From NCBI RefSeq assembly GCF_018398935.1, contig NZ_CP074694.1, forward strand, positions 3,510,001-3,542,000: a DNA stretch of 32,000 nucleotides, read 5' to 3'. This stretch comes from Telmatocola sphagniphila. GTDB taxonomy: Bacteria; Planctomycetota; Planctomycetia; Gemmatales; Gemmataceae. Below, one piece after another: positions 25,759 through 32,000 of this stretch (position 1 is its first letter; every line of letters starts with the position of its first letter). The translations under genes and the position numbers were made by a program. The notes beneath the pieces are model-generated. The model was not told where the DNA came from and did no database searches. It saw nothing but the letters and a program-made list of their open reading frames with translations.

Positions 25759-26673
25759 GTGATTCGCTTTTCTTGCCCACACTGCGACAAGGTATTTCGG
25801 GTGGACGATTCCAGAGCCGGGCTTTCGACTAAATGCCCAGGGTGTCAAAACAAAATCACCGTGCCACACCCTGAAGTCAGTTTGGAAGAAGACTTTGACG
25901 AAGTTGAAGTCTTGGACGACGAGGAAACTCCGGCCGTTTCCAGAAAAAAGAAGTCCGGGAAGCGCCGACGTTCGGAATCTGCCGAACTCGAAGCCCGTCG
26001 CGGATTGCGGATGCTGATCATTTTCAGTTGCATCCTGTTGGGTTCTCAAATGTTCAACATGGTTCGGACCTGGAAAAATATGTCCTCATCCGAGCTAGAA
26101 AAAAAGCCAGCGGCAGCTACGAACCCAGTGCCAAATGATATGCGGCGGGAAGTCACAGCGATGTTCGCCCAAAAAGAAGACAATATGGACGTGAGTAAAC
26201 TTCTAGAAAATCCTAATCTCTCTCCAAAAGAGAAGAGAATGATTACGGAAGCGTCCGAAATGAGCAAGCGTAATCGAGAGATGCTTCGCGAACAAGATGC
26301 TCAATTTCAACGACAGTTTTTTAACAATACTAAAAATGTCCCTAAAAATCCCAAACAAGAAGAACTCGCCACAGCGATGAATATCAGCTACATCGCTTTC
26401 ACGTTCACTGCCAGCCTTATAACTTGCATATTTTTCAAGATGAACTGGGCCAGATACCTCTTGGCGGGTTTGTTGTTGCTCTCAGTGGTTTTGACGCTTC
26501 TTTTGGCAATCTTCATCCTGGCGAATAACTTCGACGCGCTTCAGGCTGAGGGGACTGGAATACTCCTTTTAAGGATACTTATCACCCTGATTGGCATCAC
26601 GCTACCGACTGCTATTGGGATAGTTCTGTTAAAATCACAACGCATTTCGGCCTACATGGATAAGCGAAGGTAG
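25759..26673 (+). CDS. Zinc-ribbon N-terminal domain protein with four predicted TM helices (hypothetical)
   Basis: GTG start preceded by GGAG. 'MIRFSCPHCDKVFRVDDSRAGLSTKCPGCQNKITVP' (CxxC...CxxC), then acidic and basic linkers and TM1. A ~100-aa soluble K/E/N-rich segment follows, then three C-terminal TMs. By eye it is more AT-rich than its neighbours. Confidence 0.6.
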   Translation: MIRFSCPHCDKVFRVDDSRAGLSTKCPGCQNKITVPHPEVSLEEDFDEVEVLDDEETPAVSRKKKSGKRRRSESAELEARRGLRMLIIFSCILLGSQMFNMVRTWKNMSSSELEKKPAAATNPVPNDMRREVTAMFAQKEDNMDVSKLLENPNLSPKEKRMITEASEMSKRNREMLREQDAQFQRQFFNNTKNVPKNPKQEELATAMNISYIAFTFTASLITCIFFKMNWARYLLAGLLLLSVVLTLLLAIFILANNFDALQAEGTGILLLRILITLIGITLPTAIGIVLLKSQRISAYMDKRR

Positions 26674-26777
26674 CGTGCTCTGGAAGTGCAGGCCCGTTGT
26701 GAAGATAGCCATCGCCTTTTTGTTGCAAGTTTCCCTAACAATCGAATAAAGTAGATTTAACAGGAGACAATAGAAGT

Positions 26778-26799
26778 GATTGCTACAAGTTCGCTATTC
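26778..26799 (+). repeat. Left copy of an imperfect direct repeat bracketing the peptidase gene
   Basis: GATTGCTACAAGTTCGCTATTC. It matches 28831-28853 (GATTGTAACAAGTTCGCTTATTC), with an exact 11-mer core ACAAGTTCGCT, two mismatches and one indel. Confidence 0.5.
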
Positions 26800-26830
26800 G
26801 AGAGCGTCCGGCAATTAGCTGGACGCTCTC
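26800..26830. terminator. 10-bp perfect hairpin between convergent genes (bidirectional terminator candidate, no U-tract)
   Basis: GAGAGCGTCC (26800-26809) / GGACGCTCTC (26821-26830) with an 11-nt loop, 12 nt downstream of the peptidase stop codon. Confidence 0.45.
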
Positions 26831-26842
26831 TCCTACTACCCC

Positions 26843-28732
26843 CTATCTCGGCAGTACAGTCATCTTAATTTGCGAAGCCCCTTCCGCTCCGTGATAGACC
26901 CGATGCGTCTGCTTCTTGAAGTCCCCTTCCTTGGCGCTGTAGATATCGCAGAAGACCTGTGGATTGCGATCCACCAGCGGGAACCAGCTACTTTGCACCT
27001 GAATCATCAGCCGATGGCCTGGCCGAATCGAGTGATAGATATCCGCGAGGGAAATGCGAACTTCTGACATCTTGCCCGGTTCGAAAGGCTCCGGCTTTTC
27101 GTAACTGTTGCGGAACTTGCCCCGGAAGACATCCCCCCGAATCAACTGCTGATAGCCGCCCATGCGGATCTCTCGCGGATTCGGATCGAGATCGGGGTAA
27201 TCCTCGGGATATACATCGATGATCTTCACCACCCAGTCGGCGTCGCTGCCCGTCGTCGAAACAAATAATTTCACTTCAATGGGTCCAGCGATCACATAAT
27301 CCTTATCAAATACATCCGTTTGATACGTCAGCACATCCGTCCGGCGAGAGGCAAACCGCTGATCGGCGATCATATATTCTTTTTCCATCCCCACTGACGT
27401 CTTTTCGATGTAGGGAACCGGTTTGGCTGGGTCGCTGACAAATTCGTCGAATCCTGCGGCGACCGGCTTTTCCGTACTCAACCCGGCAGATTCACCTAGG
27501 TATAGCACGGTTTCCTTGGCTTCCTTGGGCGGCCACGAGTCGAGATTACGCCACTGATTGGTGCCGGTTTCAAAAACGATGGCCTTGGGTGCCTTCCAAT
27601 CTCCCTTGCCCTTAAGGTGATATTCGAAGAAGGGTAATTGCACTTTTTCCTGGAAGTAGACTCCCGTTTTGGCGTTAAAGCGAACGGGTCCCAGCGAGTC
27701 CCCATCGCCGCGCGACCAACCGCCGTGCACCCACGGCCCCATCACGAGAGTATTGGGAGCCGTCGCGGTCTTTTCCACCTGGCGGAAGGTATGGATAGCC
27801 CCGAAAAGATTTTCCGCATCGTACCAGCCGCCGACCGTCATCACGGCCGGTTTGATGTTTTTGGTATGCTGGCGGATATTTCGAGATTTCCAGAACTCGT
27901 CGTAAGTGCCATGAATCATCATTTCATTCCAGAACGCCACCTGCCCTTTCATGTAATTCGCATCGGCGTTGTATAACGGCCCCATCTTGAGGAAGAAATC
28001 GTAGCCGTCCGGCGTACCATGATCGAACGGCAGATACCCATATTTTTTGGTCGGCTCGGGGCGCGGCTTGCCGAAATTGGACAGGAAGTTGAAGCAATGC
28101 GGCAAAAACAAAGCTCCATTGTGGTGAAAATCATCGCCCACGAACCAGTCGGTGACCGGAGCCTGCGGCGAAGAGGCTTTCAGCGCGGGATGAGCATCGA
28201 TCATGCCGCAGACGGTATAGAACCCGGGGTAGGAAATCCCCCATTGGCCTACTTTACCGTTGTTATTCGGCACATTCTTGACCAGCCAATCGATCGTATC
28301 GTAGGTATCCGAAGTTTCGTCAAACTGCTGCCCCTTTTTGTCCACAATGTAGGGCCGCATGTTGACGAACTCCCCCTCCGACATCCAGCGACCGCGGACA
28401 TCCTGAGCCACGAAGATGTAACCTTCTTTCAGGAAGCCGGCCGGAACGCGCGGCGGCGTCAGCTGATCCACCCCGTAAGGCCCAACGCTGTAGGGCGTTC
28501 GCATCAGGAGCATCGGATAAGTTTTGGAGATATCCTTCGGAGCATAGACCGCCGTGAAGAGCTTTTTGCCGTCTCGCATGGGTATGCGAAATTCGTACTT
28601 GGTGTAATGGGAGAGGAAGAACTCCCGATTGAGTCTTTCCTCATCGGAAATCGTTGCCGACGGCCGCATTTGTGCAAATGAGGCGGCGGGAAGCAGACCC
28701 AGCAAAAGAATCAATAATAAAAATCGCTTCAT
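26843..28732 (-). CDS. CocE/NonD family hydrolase (S15 Xaa-Pro dipeptidyl-peptidase-like), secreted
   Basis: 629 aa. Signal peptide 'MKRFLLLILLLGLLPAASFAQ'. 'LLMRTPY', the nucleophile elbow 'WGISYPGFY' (GxSYxG as in CocE) and a C-terminal galactose-binding-like domain. Confidence 0.85.
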   Translation of the reverse strand: MKRFLLLILLLGLLPAASFAQMRPSATISDEERLNREFFLSHYTKYEFRIPMRDGKKLFTAVYAPKDISKTYPMLLMRTPYSVGPYGVDQLTPPRVPAGFLKEGYIFVAQDVRGRWMSEGEFVNMRPYIVDKKGQQFDETSDTYDTIDWLVKNVPNNNGKVGQWGISYPGFYTVCGMIDAHPALKASSPQAPVTDWFVGDDFHHNGALFLPHCFNFLSNFGKPRPEPTKKYGYLPFDHGTPDGYDFFLKMGPLYNADANYMKGQVAFWNEMMIHGTYDEFWKSRNIRQHTKNIKPAVMTVGGWYDAENLFGAIHTFRQVEKTATAPNTLVMGPWVHGGWSRGDGDSLGPVRFNAKTGVYFQEKVQLPFFEYHLKGKGDWKAPKAIVFETGTNQWRNLDSWPPKEAKETVLYLGESAGLSTEKPVAAGFDEFVSDPAKPVPYIEKTSVGMEKEYMIADQRFASRRTDVLTYQTDVFDKDYVIAGPIEVKLFVSTTGSDADWVVKIIDVYPEDYPDLDPNPREIRMGGYQQLIRGDVFRGKFRNSYEKPEPFEPGKMSEVRISLADIYHSIRPGHRLMIQVQSSWFPLVDRNPQVFCDIYSAKEGDFKKQTHRVYHGAEGASQIKMTVLPR

Positions 28733-28808
28733 GGATGCCTCGCGGGAAAAAATCGAAGAGGTGTTGAGATTGTAAATATTTCAGAGGAGAATCCAATCTA
28801 CTGATCTC

Positions 28809-28869
28809 ACAGATTCTGAAGGTTAGGCCGGATTGTAACAAGTTCGCTTATTCAATTGACAGATTCTGA
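28809..28869 (+). repeat. Direct repeats in the divergent peptidase/TolC promoter region
   Basis: ACAGATTCTGA occurs at 28809-28819 and 28859-28869. GATTGTAA occurs at 28768-28775 and 28831-28838. CTTATTCA occurs at 28847-28854 and 28877-28884. Confidence 0.6.
28831..28853 (+). repeat. Right copy of the imperfect direct repeat bracketing the peptidase gene
   Basis: GATTGTAACAAGTTCGCTTATTC; see 26778-26799. Confidence 0.5.
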
Positions 28870-28922
28870 GTACTTCCTTATTCATCCGCCAAGCGCGGCG
28901 GGGGCTGCGCGGGGGGATCTGC

Positions 28923-31202
28923 ATGCGCCGGTTGATTGCCTACGTACTGGCGTTACTTATTTCGTCGGGCTGTTCGCGCGGCTACTATCGACAGTCGGCC
29001 GATGTCGAAACGCAGCAAATCATTCGAGATCGCAATGTCCCGATCGGCGATACCGAACTCCTCCGCCCAGCGGAATCGCGACTACACGACCCCAATTCGG
29101 TCGAATTTCCTCCTAAACCGCCGGACGACGACCAGGCTGCCGTTTACATGCTGCTGGCCAATGGGATGAAGGGATCTTCCCACTGGTACAAGTGGGGCAT
29201 GAGCGATGAGATTGAATGGAACGGCTGGCTCAGCACATTGCCGCATGACGACAAAGGGGTCGTGAAAATCGATCAGGACAAAGCAGTCGATCTGGCTTTG
29301 AAAAATAGTCGCGAATATCAGTCCGCCGTGGAACAAGTCTATCTGACAGGTCTGGCTTTGACTTTGAATCGCTTCGAATTCGCCTTGAGGTGGTTCAGCG
29401 ACCCCAGCACGAACTACACGCACGCCGGTTCGGGCGGGATACCTTACGAAACGAATACATTCACCCAGTACCAAAATCTCGGGGTGGCCAAGGATTTCGC
29501 GGCTGGCGGTCAATTGGTGATCGATTTTCTCAATACTCTGATGGTGCAATTCACTGGATATACCCCCAGTTTCAGTTCGAACATCAGCATCAGTTTTATT
29601 CAGCCGTTACTTCGAAATGCCGGTCGCATGATTCGCATGGAGAGCCTGACCCAGGCCGAGCGCGATACTCTCTATGCTGCCCGGGATTTTGCAAGGTACC
29701 GCAAACAATTCTGGGCCGATATTCACACGAATACCTATCTGAATCTGCTTTTGCAGAAACAGGGCATCCGTAACCTGGAAGCGAACTTCAAGAGTCAGGA
29801 GTTGAACCTGCGCTTCAGCCAGGAATTGTTTAATGGGGGCAAAGCGTCGGTCGTTCAAGTCGATCAGAGTTTCGTACGCTTTCTGACCGCGCGACAGCAA
29901 ATTGTCGATGCCCAGGCCCTTTACGACAGTTCGCTCGATTCCTTCAAAATTCAGATGGGATTGCCGCCCTCCCTGACGATCGACCTCGACGATAGCATTT
30001 TGAACATGTTTTTACTAACGTCGCCCGACCTGGATATCTTACAGGAACAGGCAGAGAAATTTCAGCAAGCTCGCTTCAGCGAATTGAATGAAGTTCCCAG
30101 CTTGGTATCGCTGAAGAAGAGTTATGAAGATTTGGCGGTTTTGTTGAAACGGACAACCCCCTTCGTCGATCTTATAGATAAGGAGCTTACGGACTGGGGG
30201 CTTCAATTGCGCACCTCACCCAAGTCCGAAAAAGAATACCAGCAAAAGCTGCTCGATACGTTCGCGGAATTCAAAGCTTTATTTCCCGATATCCGTAAAG
30301 ACCTGGCGAAGCTGGACGAAGACCTGAAGCAAGAAACACCGGCATTGAAAGAAGTGGCCCGCAAAGAGGCCTGGGAACGCAGCCTGATTTTGATTCGTCG
30401 CTTGATGGCCTCATTGGACCAGCTATCGAACATCCAGACTCGAGTTCGAATCTATAGAATCGAATTGCCCTCGTTCAAGGAAACCGAAGCGAATGCCGTT
30501 GCGTTTGCCAAGGCAAATCGATTAGACTTTATGAATTTGAAAGGTCGGGTCACCGATAATTGGCGCAAGGTTCAGGTCGCTGCAAATGCCTTAAAAGGAG
30601 AAGTGAATATTGTCTCCAACGTTAATCTTGCAACCGATCCGAATCACAATAATCCTTTGAATTTTGCGGCCTCCGCCAGTACCTTCAGCTTCGGCTTGCA
30701 GTTCGATGCGCCGTTAAATCGTCAGGCGGAACGAAATGCGTTCCGGACCAGTTTGATCAATTATCAGGTCGCGCGTCGAAATTACATGGCCCTGAGTGAC
30801 ACGATCGAACAAACGATTCGCGCGGATTTGAGAAATCTGGAAGCCCAACGTCAAAGTTTTGAGATCGGGCGGCAGCAGGTCGTGGCCGCGGCCCGACAGG
30901 TGGAAGGGGCTCGACAGGATATTATCGCCGGCTCGCGGCAGGCGGCTGCCAGCGGCAATGCGGCAACGTTGAATATCTTGAATGCATTACAGGATTTGCT
31001 GGATGCCCGGAACCGGCTGGCCAGCAGTTTTTTCAATTACGAACAATTGAGGATCAAGATCCTGCTGGACATGGAAAGTTTGCAACTGGATGAACGAGGA
31101 TTTTACTCCGATGAACTCACCCGTACGCCTGGCAGCAGCCCAAATCTCGACCGAACTCGAACCCCAGCCGAGCAAATCTTCGGCGGGCCCAACAGCCCTT
31201 AA
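28923..31202 (+). CDS. TolC-family outer membrane efflux lipoprotein (long form)
   Basis: 759 aa. Lipoprotein signal 'MRRLIAYVLALLISSGCS'. Two OEP-like halves begin 'AVDLALKNSREYQSAVEQVYLTGLAL' and 'AVAFAKANRLDFMNLKGRV', with coiled-coil-rich segments. A membrane-fusion protein gene follows. Confidence 0.75.
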   Translation: MRRLIAYVLALLISSGCSRGYYRQSADVETQQIIRDRNVPIGDTELLRPAESRLHDPNSVEFPPKPPDDDQAAVYMLLANGMKGSSHWYKWGMSDEIEWNGWLSTLPHDDKGVVKIDQDKAVDLALKNSREYQSAVEQVYLTGLALTLNRFEFALRWFSDPSTNYTHAGSGGIPYETNTFTQYQNLGVAKDFAAGGQLVIDFLNTLMVQFTGYTPSFSSNISISFIQPLLRNAGRMIRMESLTQAERDTLYAARDFARYRKQFWADIHTNTYLNLLLQKQGIRNLEANFKSQELNLRFSQELFNGGKASVVQVDQSFVRFLTARQQIVDAQALYDSSLDSFKIQMGLPPSLTIDLDDSILNMFLLTSPDLDILQEQAEKFQQARFSELNEVPSLVSLKKSYEDLAVLLKRTTPFVDLIDKELTDWGLQLRTSPKSEKEYQQKLLDTFAEFKALFPDIRKDLAKLDEDLKQETPALKEVARKEAWERSLILIRRLMASLDQLSNIQTRVRIYRIELPSFKETEANAVAFAKANRLDFMNLKGRVTDNWRKVQVAANALKGEVNIVSNVNLATDPNHNNPLNFAASASTFSFGLQFDAPLNRQAERNAFRTSLINYQVARRNYMALSDTIEQTIRADLRNLEAQRQSFEIGRQQVVAAARQVEGARQDIIAGSRQAAASGNAATLNILNALQDLLDARNRLASSFFNYEQLRIKILLDMESLQLDERGFYSDELTRTPGSSPNLDRTRTPAEQIFGGPNSP

Positions 31203-32000
31203 AAGCCTGAGCTCTAAAGTCGACTACCGCCGGAAGAAAAGTAATTCGACTTTCTACCTTCGACTTATCGCATTCCTGGTCGTTGTCGGGGGCTTCGCCT
31301 GGATCGGCCGGGACTATCTCAGCCCGAAAGCCCGTAAATCGGAAATCATCATCGCCAAAGTTCTGCGGGCGCAGCTTCCCATTGTCGTTACCGATCGCGG
31401 AGAGTTGGAGAGCGCGGAAAACATCATCGGCCGCTGCGAGGTCGAAGGGGAACGCGTCAAGATTGTGAAAATTGTCCCCGAAGGTTCCCTGGTCAAAAAA
31501 GGACAGCCGGTCGTCTGGCTCGATAGTGAACCATTCCAGAAAGATTTCGCCAAACAGGAAATTCTCTGGAAGCAGGCCGAAGGCAAAGCGAAAGCGGCCA
31601 AGGGTGACCTGGAGGTGTCAATCAACAAAGGCGAAACCGACATTGATGCCAAGGATCTGGCCTGGAAGCTGGCGAAACTCGATCTGCATAAGTATGTGGA
31701 GGGGGATCTCAAGGTTGAAGTCGATGACAAAAATGGAGCCATCGAACTTTCGCGGAAGGAGCTACGCGAAGCCGAGGATAATCTGATTCACATTCGCGTC
31801 ATGGTGGCGAAAGGCTTGAAGCAGATGGACGAATTGCGGCAGACCGAACTGCAAGTTCAAAGTAAGAAATTTTCGCTTTCAAGTAACGAAAACAAGTTAA
31901 TGGTACTCGAGAAGTTCGATAAGGAGCGCAAAGTTACTGAGCTTCAGGCCAAAGCCCGCGATGCCGAGCGCGACTTGGAGAGAACTAAAAAGAGTTCCGC
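31111..32000 (+). CDS. HlyD-family membrane fusion (periplasmic adaptor) protein, 3'-partial; absent from the ORF track
   Basis: I read frame 1 by hand as open from 31051 to the window end. The nearest start is the ATG at 31111 (alternative ATG at 31090). TM 'FYLRLIAFLVVVGGFAWIG', then 'IIAKVLRAQLPIVVTDRGELES...IVKIVPEGSLVKKGQPVVWLD' (the MFP beta-barrel/lipoyl motif), then a long coiled coil. The track ORFs 31283..31468, 31472..31786 and 31314..31742 are off-frame. Confidence 0.75.
   Translation, partial: MNSPVRLAAAQISTELEPQPSKSSAGPTALKSLSSKVDYRRKKSNSTFYLRLIAFLVVVGGFAWIGRDYLSPKARKSEIIIAKVLRAQLPIVVTDRGELESAENIIGRCEVEGERVKIVKIVPEGSLVKKGQPVVWLDSEPFQKDFAKQEILWKQAEGKAKAAKGDLEVSINKGETDIDAKDLAWKLAKLDLHKYVEGDLKVEVDDKNGAIELSRKELREAEDNLIHIRVMVAKGLKQMDELRQTELQVQSKKFSLSSNENKLMVLEKFDKERKVTELQAKARDAERDLERTKKSS

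Noticed and set aside
26776-26868. 30-codon GTG ORF with an upstream AGGAG in the spacer after the Zn-ribbon membrane gene
   Set aside because: It runs through the terminator hairpin and into the 3' end of the convergent peptidase gene. It is most likely fortuitous.
26778-28853. Interpreting the flanking direct repeats as target-site duplications of a mobile element
   Set aside because: There is no transposase, integrase or recombinase, and no terminal inverted repeats between them. The only cargo is a normal secreted peptidase gene. I kept it as a repeat observation, not as a mobile_element call.
31283-31786. Track ORFs 31283..31468 +, 31472..31786 + and 31314..31742 -
   Set aside because: They are off-frame shadows of the HlyD-like gene. 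Frame 1 is open from 31051 to the window end and carries the membrane-fusion-protein motifs.
1-32000. tRNA (including tRNA-Sec), rRNA, CRISPR arrays, prophage or defence-island genes
   Set aside because: I scanned the intergenic regions (2187-2340, 12765-13611, 18670-18802, 19112-19223, 25578-25758, 26674-26842, 28733-28922) by eye. I found no T-arm/cloverleaf-like GTTCGAATC motifs, no regularly spaced repeats, and no nuclease, helicase or integrase ORFs.

Overview
This window looks like ordinary chromosome from a Planctomycetota-like bacterium. That guess rests on gene content: a secreted PQQ-dehydrogenase fused to several CxxCH haem domains, prenyltransferase/squalene-oxidase-repeat proteins, many lipoproteins, zinc-ribbon membrane proteins and long TolC-like proteins. 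I support about 30 protein-coding genes in alternating strand blocks.

Gene blocks:
- + strand: a TPR protein (5' partial) and manA.
- - strand: a tight block of rimO, pgsA, a Gfo/Idh/MocA oxidoreductase, an LpxL-like acyltransferase, ppk1 and a PQQ/cytochrome c dehydrogenase.
- - strand: three tiny tandem lipoprotein genes, lying divergent from the ECF sigma gene.
- + strand: ECF sigma, ZAS anti-sigma, a SelW/Rdx-like selenoprotein and selD.
- - strand: fabH, a lipoprotein and rplU.
- + strand: an AI-2E transporter.
- - strand: a UPF0261 (Tm-1-like) protein, mlaE, ggt and a Zn-ribbon protein.
- + strand: a small membrane protein, a PEP-hydrolase-like TIM barrel and a Zn-ribbon polytopic membrane protein.
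- - strand: an S15/CocE-NonD peptidase.
- + strand: a TolC-like protein and an HlyD-like protein (3' partial).

I saw no rRNA, tRNA, CRISPR array, transposase, integrase or recognisable defence genes.

Most interesting signals:
1. A selenoprotein gene that the ORF track truncates. It has a TTG start and an in-frame UGA in a C-A-V-U redox motif, with a SECIS-like hairpin, 10 nt upstream of selD and just downstream of a zinc-type anti-sigma factor.
2. An array of three very small K/E/P-rich lipoproteins. Two are below the ORF-track cutoff and two share a near-identical signal peptide.
3. A split, divergently transcribed Tm-1-like (UPF0261 / PEP-hydrolase-like) pair. The UPF0261 half is packed with an orphan mlaE and ggt.
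4. Imperfect 22-23 nt direct repeats bracketing the peptidase gene, and a repeat-rich divergent promoter region.

All functional calls come from by-eye motif and family recognition. No searches were run.
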